A DNA stretch of 64,000 nt, filler included, from Sphacelaria rigidula (Eukaryota): the NCBI GenBank assembly GCA_964200075.2. It is 6 parts of 6 records of this genome, joined end to end, with 100 filler letters (N's around TTAATTAATTAA, not from the genome) between each part and the next. Parts side by side here need not be neighbours in the genome. Positions count along the whole stretch, not along the records: positions 10,699 to 21,294 come from CAXNAA020006221.1; positions 21,395 to 31,990 come from CAXNAA020006222.1; 4 more parts are not named here. One strand, given 5' to 3'. Each line of letters begins with the position of its first letter. The first letter of the stretch is position 1. A model generated the notes under the pieces. It did not search any database. It had not been told where the DNA came from and worked only from the letters and a program-made list of their open reading frames with translations. A program made the position numbers and the translations under genes. Shown here in pieces: positions 13,633 to 27,087 of the stretch.

Positions 13633-16600
13633 GGTTGCTGTTTGGCTGTGGGAGCTGCTGCGCTCACCATGACGACCTTGTTGTATTGATTATGATTGAT
13701 TATATTGGTCGGTTGCACCTGTCGAAATAAGGCCAATGGTTGGTTGTTCAGGGGGCGGGGGGCGGCGGGGGGGAGGGGGGTGTACTCATGATCATGCATG
13801 CCATAGTCACAACATCATCGACCTCGCATCCCTACAAAGCCGGGACGGAGCACGCCGGGTGGGGGGGCGAGGGGTTGAGTGTAAGGGGGGTGGGAAGAGA
13901 GGAGCAGGGACACTTTCGACGACTCCTATTTTTGTAGCCGTTCGCGTTCATACAATATCATTGTTGCTACCACCTGCGTTTGGTTGACTTATGTCGACAC
14001 GCCGCAATGGTCGCTGACGGGGATGGCTGGAGTACGCATGGAGTTTATATTACATACACATGTTTACGTGCTTAGCACTTCGACCGCAAGGTGGGTCATT
14101 CAGCGACTTGGGGCATGATAAATATTTTCAAAATGGATGTGAGACCTACAGATTCACCGTGGCGATGAAAGGTTCAAGTGGATGGTATTGATAGGGTAGA
14201 ACACTGAAATTTCCCCACAGCTCTGCGTGAGGAGAAAACGCTGCAGTAGGACGAGGAAAGTTGAAACACAAGTTTGGTATCATTTTCGATTGAAAAATGA
14301 ATTACACACAACACCCGCAAGCCTCATCGAGGCGGTCAAGGGTGTGTGTCTATCTGCTGTCCTACATTTTCGAAAATCGTACTACAAAATATACTTCAGC
14401 AGTTTCAAGCTGAACCAGTGGGTGTTGGTAATTTTTTCGTGGTCGGCAATTTTCAAAAGTTTTTTCGCGTGTCACCGCTCATCCCAGTCGAGGGTTTCTG
14501 CAAATCTTACTACAACATATCTCACAATGTTTCACGTGCACTTAGCAGATGCTCCTTGGCCCTAGGTTCACCTACCGACGCCTTACTCCATAGCGAGGTA
14601 GGCGGGAGATGTTGGGGTGGAGGGCAAATTATGCGCGATAAGACTACGACGAAATATACTTGTGAAGGAGGGTACATACCGTATGTTCTGCTGGACCTGA
14701 GATACCTAGACATATGAGTCCAGGTTCAGGAGTACTATTACCGTGCGTTGGGTTTAAACCTCAACGGTGCCGAAATAGTATTTAAGAACCATGGACTCTG
14801 TTGGATAAATGATACTGCGAGGTCCCCGACCTTTCTTGAACGAAACAGCTGGTCGAAACCTATTTCTTGGCACCATGCTTGAATCTACAGAGTATCATAC
14901 AAGGGGGTGTTATACTCCGTCACCTGGACAGACTGTGCAGTACTCACAACGAGCTCTTGAATTTGCTCCAAAGTCTCATCAATACAGCAGCTTAGAAGCA
15001 TCACATAACACTTTGCCAACTATTGTCCCGGGGAAACTTGTTCCAACAACAGACCACCAGACAAAACCTCAAGTTTTGGCCAAAGGTGCAGTACAGTATA
15101 CGGCACAAATTCTGTTCCGAAAAAGCTATCCTTGCCCTATCCCACACCTCTGGTGCGCGCGTTGAGGGGAAACGTGGGCCCTCTTCACATTTTTCATCGA
15201 TGAACGAAACTCTCGCTTACTATTGGCTATTTCGGTGAAAGCTTGCGCTAGATAAATCTGCCACCTGCTTTACCGAACCAGCCCAACCCCAACCGCAGCG
15301 CCGTTGTAACAATCGTGATGGTGCTACCGGCCTTCGTGGTGCCCGATAAAGGCTCCGTGCAGTGTCCGGTACTTGTCTCCCTCCCGTCACTGCATATTGT
15401 CTCGACTATTGACAGCGCTGTGGTGTCCTATGTAGCTGTATAGTGCACATATCAACACGGACGGTATCTTCACAATCCCATCACAGCAACAACCCAGGTG
15501 GTTCCCGCCCTTGCCAGCCTGTGGGGCTAAACCTGAACACTTTTGATCGAAGGAGTTAATTCCTCAACCGCACAGTCCCGCCGGATATACAACTGGGCAA
15601 GCTCTAGGCGTGTGCCCATCGAGAGGAAACACAAACATAGCGTACCGTACCTGGTCCGTTCGAGCACCACTAAAATTTATTTTGTAGAGGATGGTCGTAC
15701 CTTAATTGTTGCGATGGTGCCATGCCATGGGCCGTTGGGGAGTCTTCATGCTTCCGTCAAGGTCTCCAGTGTTGGTCATCCAACCGCGCTGTGTGGTCAC
15801 TGGGTCAGTCATGAGTGGGTCCGCACATCGCAAGCAGCCCTCCAGCAAAGGCAGCAGCGACACACACCGTGCTGCACAAGCCAGCCGCCCGCAACAAACC
15901 ACACCGTATACTCTGCCCTTTCCTGCACGTCGCACCGTCTCGGCTCTCGGTCGCACTTTGTCAAGGCATACTCTTGCACATGAGCTCGCGACTGCATGCA
16001 GTGGAGCCCTGGCAGATGGCAGGGCTCGTTTTTAGTAGTTGGGCCTTAGCTTAGTGTGAAAATCTATGGTTGACGGGATGGCTACTTGACTTTGGACGAA
16101 AGAAAGTTCTGAGAAAAGTCATGGTTTGAGCTGGCAGGTGAGCTGTGTGCCCAGCCCAAACCAAAACGTCGCCTCAGCGTTCTTGTCGAGTTTTGCCGTT
16201 GCCCGTAGACCTCTCACAATGGGCGCAGGAGTACTGATCTCGTGGTTGGTGTACTATGAGCGGCCTGATGACGCCCACTCCCGCAATTGCACGTCAGTCT
16301 CTACTCTCTGACATGGCTTAGGGTGTCACTGAGCAGGTGCGTGATGTCTCAAATATCTTGCGAGCGCTACGGCGCACAGACAAGAGCTCTTCGAGTTGCT
16401 GCATTGCAGTCCGCATCGTTCGGACTTGTGGTTTCTCCAAACGTGAAGGTTCGAAGAAAATACCGAGCCGCTTCGTTTTTGGAGATGTCCGAACCCAGAC
16501 TCCCAAATTTCATCAAATTTGTGGAGATACACAGTTTTCATAAAATAACGACGAGAATTTCGTATTATTCCCGCACACCGCATTTCGCAACACTCCGTAC

Positions 16601-19600
16601 CATACCGTTCACCTCTAAGGACTTGTTCTGCGGGCTTGTCAGCCGGCGATACGCGACCTGTACGAGAGGGGGCGTCGCGCGCAGGCGTTGACCACGGCGG
16701 CGCAAACTCTATACCCTTTTTACACGAAAATAACGAGATGCCCATATGTACGTGATCTCGGCCATACACAAGCGCCGCAAAGAGTGTTCTGGCCGTAGTG
16801 GAACAACGGTTAATGATGTTTGCTTGAGCTGCAAGGCATACTGCTGGACTCGGATACGGTGGTTGGAGACGGGTCAATCGTGTCTCATATCAATCAACAT
16901 CACGGTACATGCGGCAAAAATTACCATTCGTGTAATGATGCCTCCTCATTTTTAGAGCGGCATTTGACGTCAGTCGCACTATCGATAATGGTTCCTCGGC
17001 ACGGCACAGTATTTTGTAGGACAGTACGCCATAACATCTCTGGTCTTGCTACTATAATACGAGGTTTAATCGTCGCGTTTTTGTCGCATTTTTGTTGGAG
17101 TCGGTGCGCGACTACTATTGGACAGTTGGGTACGACAGCTGTTGTAGAGAGACGACGGACAAGGCAGGTCGAAAATACCACTAAAGCGCAGCAAGACTGC
17201 CCAAGCACATCATCATCATGCTTACGAGTAAATCAGAGACGACTGCTTATACTCGGAGTAGGATACCGGGCTTGAGTGTACACTGCGGTATGCAGTATAT
17301 GCGCGCGCGCCATACTGTAGTGTTGCGCACCTAGGATCATTCAAGTTGCCCAACAAGAGCGAGTGCCACACACCGTAAGGATGGTGTAGACGATACTCTA
17401 CTACTGACTATGGATTGCAGCGAGCCTATCGGAATAGTTTTGAATCTCCTTGCGGATGCACAATTTGCTGTACAGCGTTTTCTTGTTCATCGCCCATCTC
17501 ACATGGCCTAGTTTTGATAAAGCCCTTCAAAACGATTCACAGCAGACACACTGACAGCCGGGCACGCATATTATTTTCTGGCGTATCTTATAACGTTGAC
17601 GCAACATGACACACCTGTATGAGAGGTGTTCGGCTCTTTCTCTTGGAGAAGCTAGCTGTTGTTCTTAATTTCAAAAGTTGGAGGCCGCGGCGGGGAAATA
17701 TCGCGTGCTGTATTTTAGAACGTTTCCACATCATCAACAAGGACGCAGTAACATCACCCCGCACGGTGGTTCGGTGGTATTGGTTTTCTCTCATCAGCAG
17801 CGACGCGCTTCGGCAGTTGTCTTCGCCCATCGCCCTGCGTTATTTCACGTTGAGGTGATTGATACGGTGTGGCAGACGCAGCGATCGTGTCGGGTACCCA
17901 CCCCCAACGTTAAAATTGGGGATACCCGAATGTTGAAGACACAAGAAAAGCGACCGTTTGCCTTTTTATTCAGGACGGCGGCAGAAAAAAAAAAAAAGTG
18001 GGAGTCACGAGTTGTCAGCAGGGCACGTAAGCCAGCAGCCTATCAAAGACTGCAACACCAGCCCAACATCACCAGCAGCGACATCGATAACCAGGGCAAC
18101 AGGAATGACACAGGCACAAGGACGATATAGTAGCAAAGAAGCAGCATGAGGTCGAAAGTTATGCTGGTCCTGAACGAACCACTCATCGTGCACTGTGAGT
18201 TATTCTTGGTGTCGGAGGAACATCACGCGCCGATAATAGCTTCATACCAAGCTCCAGTGCTGCTGTATGGGCGCACCTTCACGAGTAGACAGCTGGAGTA
18301 TCAAGCACATTTGCTGTGAAATGCTTGGCATGATGACATTGGGTCGACTCTGCGCGCGCCCGCGCGCGTGTGAATTTGTCAGAGAAGAGCTAATGCAGAA
18401 TCAATGAGCGATGGAAGTGTGTAATGCACCGCAGACAACATTTGTACGCGTACACAGTGGCACATGATCACGACTTCACTGTTTCCTCTTCTGTTTTCGG
18501 TATGTGGATACAACGGGTAAACTCTTCGCGCCGTTGGGGGCATGAACTTCCGATCTTGCACAGCTCAGACAAGACCTGCTGTCCAGCTCTCTGATTGTCT
18601 GTGCCGTATGTACCCCGTGCTGCACGATTTGCACCACCCGAGCTGGGGTACAGCATTGGTGTACGCGAGTATACCAGTCATCCGTGTTTTGGCTGTTGTG
18701 GTCTTCATAACTACCTGCACATGTCTGTGCTGTCCGGTTGCGATAGTGTTGTGATCAAAATTCATGCAGCCGTGCGCAAGATTTTTCATGCAGGCTACTC
18801 AACCTGCGTAGCCGACCGACACAGATTTAGAGAGAGAGAGAGACACCACGCATATGGAGAGAAGTGGGTCCGGCGCTCGTGTGTCGTGCCAGACGAACTA
18901 GTAAGGCAGGGTATTGTACCGCTCACGAAGAAGCCTGCCGTGTTGTCCCAACAAAATGTTGCTCCCGCCAAAAATTTGCTCGGGCCAAATCCGCGTGCTC
19001 CCGCCATTTCATCTTCAAATCACTCCCGAGAAGCGATCGGATCGTAGGGTATCACGCACCTCTATACCCAATCAAGTGTGTGGCGGTTAATGGGGGCATC
19101 GGTACATGGTCATCAAGGGGAGATGCGCGGTACATCAGATATGAATTTATCGTGTTGGTCTACGCAAGGCCGCATCATGCACGTTTTGTGGCTTGTGTAC
19201 GGGTAGTGTAGAGAGTTGCACTTTTGCGGGGCATGTGTACTGTTGCAGAAAACAAGTTATGTACGCAAGGGAGCGAAAGGGGAAGAGAGAGACCACACCG
19301 CAGACATGGGAAGAGGGTGACGGAGTATTTCATGTCCAAGGTTGAATATGAGTCCTCTCAGGTTTTGCCCTTTCTTTCGCCAATGGCCTGGGACCAGTAG
19401 ACCGCTCACTTATGCTTGAACGTCGATCACCTTGTGTGTCAATGGGTCTCGATGATTCAACAAACAGGCACCATTTTGCAGATTCATTGTGGACGCACTG
19501 AAAAAGCGTACCATGAGGAGGACGGCTGCTACGGTCATCTGAAGGATGGTCTACACAGATATCGCCCCTAGAAGAGGTGAGCCGAGCACGGCGACTTTTT

Positions 19601-19789
19601 ATCAATCGTCTCGTCGCTCGTCAAGTACTGTATCGTATTTTGTTTTTCGATTTCGGACCAAGACTGGTTTACGTACTGCTTACTGCTCGCGCACGGTACA
19701 GCACTGTGCCCGCAGTCCCTTTTGGCAGAGGATAAGAAGAGTAGGGGGTACCTCGGATGCCCCCTACTCCTATGTCCGTCTGTGTGTAT

Positions 19790-20120
19790 TGCCGTCCCAT
19801 CTATTCTGGCACCTTTTGTTATATGTGGGTACAGAAGCCGTGGTCACGCAGGAGGAAGGCCAATACAGGAGTTTTTCTTTGTTGTTTGTTTTAGTTTTCC
19901 ACCTTCCTTCTGCGGTGCTTGCCTTCATTTATTTGTTATCGTTGGAGGGGCTCAGCTGTCGCTTTCCCTCGTCGACCATCAAGTCGAATTGTGTGTACCC
20001 ACGACATAGTCGCTCCACTGTTGGGCATTGTGTGAGGAAAAATCCCAGATCGCTCCGAGATTCGAACCCATGACCCAACCATCAGAAGAAGAAGAAGGTT
20101 TCGTGGTTACCAAGTGAACC
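19790..20120 (-). mobile_element. tRNA-derived SINE family 1
   Basis: Box B GGTTCGAATCTC on the minus strand; body matches the copies at 22503 and 27130. Confidence 0.85.
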
Positions 20121-20878
20121 CGACTCCTACCACGCCTGTACGAAATAAGAATGTCAAAACCAAGCATTCGGCGTTTCGCACCTCTTCGAATACGGTGGGG
20201 GGCTCTCAGTAGTGCCGTCATGTGCCCACCACGGACACAGGCACTACTCAGAGAGCCCGGCGCTACTCTGAAAAGTGCCAAAACAGGTGCAATTGAGGGC
20301 TCTGAATACCTCAGTAGTACCGGTTCTGGCACTACTGACGACCGTCCGTTCGTACAGTGCTACACTTGCCCTTCGTGGGACCAACGGAAGCACAGAACGG
20401 ACGAGGATTTTTTTCAAGGGTTTTCGATAAGATACGTCACGTAAGGTTTCGGGGTAGCAGGACCCGATGTTTTCTTGTTTTCCACATTCATCTTGATTGA
20501 TCCTGTTCACAGGTTGATCATTTCCTTCCCTACTACTAGCACAACAGCAGCAGTACGGCCACAAGAGTTGCTCATGCCGAAAGACCTTCCCGACTAGAAA
20601 AACAAGGACACATCTGCACCCAACGCAACTATGAAGGTGCGGCATCTGGTGTGGAAAAAAACTCACGAAATAGTACACCGCCCACCAACAGGAGTGAGCA
20701 AGAAAGAATGAACCACACCCCTTTTCACTTCCTACCGGCTACCGAGACGAGGAGAGAGAAACAAACAACCTCGAAAAAAAACACACCGATGCAGCAAACT
20801 AGACACGACTCCTCCCGTGGCCGTGCTCGGGCGTAGATGCTACGGGCTACCCGATAGAAAACAGCATCAATAAAGCAA

Positions 20879-21037
20879 TCACCAAAGAAAGCAGATGCGG
20901 TGCATTTCGTCGTCGCCAAACATGCTGCCGCAAATACCGTGGAGCCTCCCGCCACATGTCCCCTGGCAACCGTGGCCATGACGGCCTTCTGGCGTCGTGG
21001 CCTGCACCAGGCACAGTTCACGTTCCGCACAAGGCAT
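20879..21037 (-). pseudogene. Short PHD-like Cys/His zinc-finger ORF, possibly a transposase N-terminal remnant
   Basis: MPCAERELC...HGHGCQGTCGGRLHGICGSMFGDDEMHRICFLW* (52 aa, below the ORF-track cutoff); C4HC3-like spacing with the last Cys lost. Confidence 0.55.
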
Positions 21038-21231
21038 GTTGTGTCCCTACGTTGCAAGGTCTGCACCAGCACGTACCCTGCTGTACCCCTACTGGCGCTT
21101 GGTTGGCGGGGGGTAAGGCGTGCGTGAGTGTGTCCGAAACCGGCACTGTTGAGGGTACAAAACCGTTCAAACCGACACTACTGAGGTTCATCTATCAGTA
21201 GTGCTGGGCGGCACTACTGCGAGCTCTGCCT

Positions 21232-21294
21232 GTTGTTGATGTTGTTGTCTTCACATTAAAAGCCGTTCCGATATCTGCGCGGTACATTGGTACT
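21232..21294 (-). mobile_element. 3' end of a LINE-type retroposon with (CAA)n tail
   Basis: taccgcgcagatatcggaacggcttttaatgtgaagacaacaac; second copy at about 60030-60130 (+). Confidence 0.7.
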
Positions 21295-22502
21295 NNNNNN
21301 NNNNNNNNNNNNNNNNNNNNNNNNNNNNNNNNNNNNNNTTAATTAATTAANNNNNNNNNNNNNNNNNNNNNNNNNNNNNNNNNNNNNNNNNNNNGTAGGT
21401 CGTGCGGGCGCGCTGGGGTGTGGGGGGGGGGGGGCGGGGGGGGGGGTTCACGAAAAACAGGGGGAAAAGAAGGGCTGGGGTATACGGGGTTGGGTCGGCG
21501 GTCAAGGAGTCGATCATCAAGGCAACGTGGACATGAGCTATCATGACCGAACGTCTCATGTCGAGAGACCAAATCGGGTTTATGTAGAGCCAAGTTTTAT
21601 CGCGATGCATCGATAGACGTAAGAGACAAACAAAAAAAAACACCAGTAGAACACAGAGTCGTGACAGCTTCAGGAACACGATAACGTGAACGGCAGAAAG
21701 ACAGAAGCGGGTACAAGGTACAATCGACAAGTCTCGAGGGTATCGACGCCATTATATGAGCCACAGGGCCGGGCAGGATCAGGGGGCAGGACAGAGCAGC
21801 GTCGAAAAGTGGAAATCATACATGTTCGGGTACCCCATAGCAATGTTAGACCGTTAGCGCGCAGCATCACAGCATTTTAAGGAAGGCCTTCGCCATTTCG
21901 GTTCTTGCGGAGAACCACATGGCCAAAATCAAGGCTATTGTTCGAAGCTTGTCCGTTCGTGTTGTAGGACGGAATTCCATGAGAAATATATCGACGAAAA
22001 GCGTACGACAGAAATTTGCCTGCTGAGGACGACTATCGGACGAGTACAGTACAGTACTCCGGTTATTCAGATACGGGCAGATGCGTGTATGTACAGAGTG
22101 ACTGGTCACGAACTTCCATGTCCTCCGAGTTGTGAGCGTTCTTGAACTGTTTTACCTCATTGGGGAAATGTAGTCATGATATTGCACGCCGTACTCATAA
22201 GACCATGGACCTCGCATCCCTACAAAGCCGTGGCAGAGCACGGCGAGTTTTCGCAGCACCAGGTTCGCAATCAATCACAAAGCGCAAAGCGCCGTGATTG
22301 GTCCGGCGAGTCGCATGAAGGGTGGGCTGCATCCTGCGAAGATTGTTCGGTGCGAAGCGTCCCGATCATCTTGCATACGGATGACAACCTACAATGAGTT
22401 TCTTTATTTTCTGGTATCGCCACTTCCAAAGATTGGGGAGCTATATCAAGGGTATGTAAATGGTGCGCTCTAAAACCACGTTGCGGTTTGCCAAGTGCGT
22501 GT

Positions 22503-23047
22503 CGTCGTCCCATCTATTCTGGGCGTAGGTCTACACCGTTCGGTATATGTGGGCGCACCGACCGGGGTCACACAGGAGGAAGGCCAATATGGGATTTTTT
22601 CTCTTTCTTCCTCGTTCTAGTTCTCTACCTTCCTTCTGCGGTACTCGCCTTTATTTTTCATCGCGAGAGGGGTTCAGCAGTCCCTTTCCCTCGTCGACCA
22701 TTGAGTCGACTTCTGTGCACCCACGATCTAGTCGCTCTCCACTGTTGGGCATTGTGTGAGATAAAAAATCCCAGATCGCTCCGAGATTCGAACCCACGAC
22801 CCAAACGTTAGAGGGTTTCGAGGTTAGGCCGCTTCTTATAGACTAGAAAAAAAACTGTCTGAAAACTGTCCTTTTGAACCTTTCTCTTGGCGTGAAAAAT
22901 AGAGCAAATCTTTCCGAGGAGGCCAAATCCGCCAAGGCCCGTATTCCGCCAATAATCCGTGATGAAAGGTTCAAAAGAGCAGTTTTCAGACAGATTTGTT
23001 TTCAGTCTATAGGAAGCGGCCTTACCAACTGAGCCACCGGGGCGACC
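22503..23047 (-). mobile_element. SINE family 1 copy with the longest tRNA-like head, interrupted by a MITE
   Basis: Head GGTCGCCCCGGTGGCTCAGTTGGTAA (box A) ... GGTTCGAATCTC (box B), split by the insertion at 22827-23021. Confidence 0.88.
22827..23021. mobile_element. PIF/Harbinger (Tourist-like) MITE, TSD TTA
   Basis: TTA|ggccgcttcttatagact...agtctataggaagcggcc|TTA. Empty site gaggTTAccaactgagcc in the SINE copy near 27450. Confidence 0.92.
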
Positions 23048-23237
23048 GCCAAGTGCAGCGCAACCCATTTCATATTGGGTTTGGACTGCTATCGAAACCC
23101 CCAAATTCTGAGTTGAGGGCAGTGTGGAGTCCAACACGCGGGATCTGCGGCAGCACTAGAGGACAACAGGACAGCGGAGCCACGGTCGGAGATACTGCAG
23201 ATGAGTCATGGGAGGTGCATAGCCTCGGGACAGTATC

Positions 23238-23536
23238 AATAACGTTTTCGTGAGATTGAGAATAGAGCGCGGATTGACAGTGGTTTCAATCATTCGCTTT
23301 AACTTGGTTATTTTTTATTCCGTGTGTGCTTTTCTTTGCCTCGATTACTGCCGTGTGCCTACAGCTACACGTCGATATCCTACTCAGGGATATCAAGGGC
23401 CCAAGTGGTGAGCTACGACAGACAGCATATCGGGCGTCGTGGAGGCGCATTTCTGAACTGAAAGTATTCATTCACTTACTGACCGGTTTTTACTCTCAAT
23501 CGTATACTCTACTCTCAATCTTACGAAAACATTGTT
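23238..23536. mobile_element. Family I MITE (about 300 bp), 4-bp TSD TATC
   Basis: tatc|aataacgttttcgtgagattgaga...tctcaatcttacgaaaacattgtt|tatc; inverted copy at 61181-61673. Confidence 0.85.
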
Positions 23537-24059
23537 TATCGCAGTATAGCCCACTGACGAGACTTCGTCCGCAACAAAAGTTCTTCCGCATGTCACCAAA
23601 AAAAGTGGCGAAACGACAGTCATCCACACAGCAGGCCTCAGCAGTAAGGTTGCTTAATTCACCGTTGCGGACGTTTGCGGCTTCGTGAAAAGGATCAAGG
23701 GTTAAATAAGCGATGTGGCTGTACTAGGGGCGTACTAAGGTCTTCGATTTCCAGGAGAGGCTTCAAAGTGTTTTTTTATTTTATTTAGGTTCCAAATGTG
23801 CCTCTGTAGGTCCTGGTGTATATATATCCCCCACACACACCCAAACGCACGTGGGGGGTCCGAAGCACGTGTATCCCAGAGCAAACGGGACATTTTTCGG
23901 CTGATATACTCTGCTGGTGACTACGTACGCTGAGTTCGTACTTCAACGGGAGTAAGGAACAGAAGAAACAGTTGCTGTCCTAGGACCGACCCGAAAATTG
24001 GGTTTCTAGCGACACGCATACGTTTTTCGACCCGACGATGTTATTATTATCATTTTTGA

Positions 24060-24137
24060 TCGATTTGATTGATTGATTGATTGATTGATTGTCGCACTTT
24101 AACTGACTCCCCAGGGGTCATGATCCAGCCGTGGTCT
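24060..24137 (-). mobile_element. Retroposon 3' end with (AATC)n tail
   Basis: (gatt)n gtcgcactttaactgactccccaggggtcatgatccagccgtgg on the + strand. Confidence 0.75.
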
Positions 24138-25709
24138 CATGGTAGACGTACCCCCAAAAAAAACTGAAACACTCGCTGAAGAAAAGAAGGAGCAGAAAGA
24201 AAAAAAAAGTGTAGCAGAACGATATAGTAGACCGAGTCGTAACAAAAAAATAGCAATAAAAAGTCAACACGAGCAAAGCACATGAAGAAATGGCCGACCT
24301 GAAACAAAAGAAGGAAAAGAAGAGGAAACCAAAGAGAAAATAAAATAAAATAACATAACATGATGAAAAAAAGAAGTAAGAAGCCCAAGGGATTCAGCGC
24401 AGCAGAGTAGATACAGATACACACCAGTGGGCACCGCAGAGCCACCGACTAAGGACATAATCAACAACCGATCTGAGTAGACATTATAAAGATAATGATT
24501 AAATTATTACTATCATTATCATTACTAGTATTATTGCTATTGTTACTATTATTATTATAGATTACCCTGTGTCCAGGGTACTTCCAAATTCTATTTATTT
24601 TGGTGTTTGGGACGTCGCCGTCTCGGATTTCGGCGGTGAACCCGGAGTGGTCTCGGCTGGGCCTTCAACTCTAAAGTGAAGGTCTGCCCATAACATATTT
24701 TGTATTTAGACGTGGCCTTCGTCTCCTTACGGAAGGTAGGCAGTGGAGGGACTGGTGTACTCGTTTCAGTACCAAAACGCCCAGGTATCATCATATAAAT
24801 GCTTTGTTTTTGTGTCTCGTTCGAATCACGTGTTGCATGAAAAACTACCTGTACTGCAGTATGGTTGCGTCCTTGCATTCCTTGCCAAAACCTACGGTCC
24901 CGGTGCCTCGTACACAGTACAGTTCATGATAAACAGAGCATGTTGGTGGCGTTTATTTAATGCATATCCGTTTTTGAACTGATACGGTATACTAGTTCGT
25001 ACAGCACGGAGCATGCGGCAGTACTAGATCGAAAAACTGGTACACCGCAACTCCAAGTGCAACAATGATGGACTCGCTGGCATTTCTTCTGCGTGCTTTC
25101 GAACAAAGCGTCATGAAACATGAGGAGCAATACCGTAACGTGCTGCCACAGGAAAGTACAACGCTTTAGTGCACAAGCGCGCTGGCAAGGTGTCGTGTCG
25201 GCAACACCGAAACGCTAGCGCGCGTGCTGCTCGAAAATAACGCGCTCCGTCCGTGAAATTTAATTCACTGCGTTTTATTGAGTTTCAATGCAGAGGTTAC
25301 CCTTTGGGTGTGGAGCCGATACTGTGCACCAACCGCGGCGTGACGCCTGCGGCGGTACTACCTGCTCACTGCATATCAGCAGGGTGCAGGGTGACAAAGC
25401 AGGGTGCAGGGGGTTCTTACTCACGACTTCGATTTGGAGGATAATACTAGGTGGGTAGCGGCAACTGCTGTTAGTCCAGGTCCCTCTTGGAGCAGGATGT
25501 GTTCGGTGTCCGTTTGACGAAGTCATCACCAAAAAGACAAAATCGATAGGGGTTTTAGATTGGGAAAATCTAGCAAAAAAGCTATCGCAAGAATACGATG
25601 GCAAGACTAAGATCGCAAGAATCCTGACGCAAAAATGAAGTCGCAAAAAAACAGTGAGTCGAATTTTTGCCCGCAGCAGAAACCAACTTCACTTCGAGAA
25701 ATTGGAATT

Positions 25710-26068
25710 ATTATAATTATTATAATTAATATCATTATTATCATCATCATCATCATCATCATTATTCATGATTAGTATTTATTGGTCGCACCTTGAACCT
25801 CCCCTTCCTCGACGTGAGTCCGTGGATTCAAGGGATCAACCCATCTCTCCCCGGTACACGCCTTGCGTTTTGGTCTCGCTGATTGGGTCATGACTATCAC
25901 CACTCCCGCACCGCGTCAACTCGCGTCAAACAAACTCAGGCGACTACTTTGTTTACTCCGGCTCTCACGCTTTCCACCGTGGAAATCACATGATACGAAG
26001 AAAAAAACCAACACATCAGGATATCAAACCCTCGTTCTCTCCACCCTAATGGCGACAGTCGCACCATT
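25710..26068 (-). mobile_element. SINE family 2 with (TAA/TGA)n tail
   Basis: Aligns with 47535-47830; partial + strand copy at about 28410-28485. Confidence 0.8.
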
Positions 26069-26225
26069 ACAGTATCGCACACTTGGCCTCGAGACGAAAA
26101 AACGACGTCGGCATCGTACAATGCCTTTGGGTTGTTTCTACTTCCCAAAAGTTGAGAAAGTTACGCCACGTCTCGTGGTCGGCAGCGCCTTGCTTTCGCA
26201 CAGGAGCAAAAAATAATGACAATAA

Positions 26226-26646
26226 ACGGTGGATTCTCGAAAATGGGGTCGAAGAAAAAAGTGAGATTCAACTCAAAAGCCGTGCTCTCCCTGACCTCAA
26301 TTCATGACAAATGACTTTCATACGAACGACCTCATCCCTCCCGACCTCCTTCACACTATTTCGGGGGCTTATTGGCCTTCCGTTCCCCCGAAGAGTGTAT
26401 GCGAAAGCATACTATTGCCTCAATTTCGGGGTGAAAAACGGACGTTTTTTGGCCCAAAATCGTGCTTTCGCACATACCCTTTGAGGCAACGGAAGGTTAG
26501 AAATTCCGCGAGATAGTTTTACGCAGGTCGGGAAGGATGGGGTCCTCAATATACAAGTCATTTGTCATGAATTTAGGTCAGGGAAAGCTCGGCTTTGGGG
26601 TTGAACCTCATTTTCTCCTTCAACCCCATTTTCGAGAATCTACTGT
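26226..26646. mobile_element. Foldback/long-TIR MITE (about 420 bp), probably TA-flanked
   Basis: acggtggattctcgaaaatgggg...ccccattttcgagaatctactgt|ta, with arms pairing for more than 100 nt. A related terminus starts at about 42621. Confidence 0.85.
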
Positions 26647-27087
26647 TACTTGTTGAGAGTGCATTTCGTCTCTAGGTTGCAGCCAGAGTACGCCTGTCGG
26701 CATCTCACTATAGTTCTGACTAGGAATTACTCAAAAAAGGCAACAACTGGGGGACTCCATCTTCGTACGGTGCCTTCGTTAGACAAACCCTGCAGCACTT
26801 GTTTGGTGGAAGGAAAAAAGGGAACGGAAGCTGCACCTTTCTGGTTTCTGCTTCAGTAGGGTTTCGTAGAACACGCGTTCAGGCTGACCCTTTCGCAACA
26901 GCACGTCGCATCACGGAAGGGCGCCGGCGACACACGACCGGACGAACACGCGCGGGCAGGCAGGCCGACAGGCAGACGGGCAGAGAGGCGGACGGGCAGA
27001 CGATAAGACAGCTGTTGATGGTGTTGATGACGTATCACTGGGAGAGAAATCGAAGGAGACAAAACTGCTCGCTGTACAAGTCGAACT

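Noticed and set aside
14100..19200. Possible decayed viral or transposase coding region
   Set aside because: Coding-like composition but no motif I can identify; needs a translated database search.
20480..20600. PP2C-like peptide CGRTAAVVLVVGKEM on the minus strand
   Set aside because: Too short, followed by a stop, and lacks the N-x-GDSR motif.
22780..23047. tRNA gene
   Set aside because: The tRNA-like head is fused to a repeated SINE body and interrupted by a MITE.
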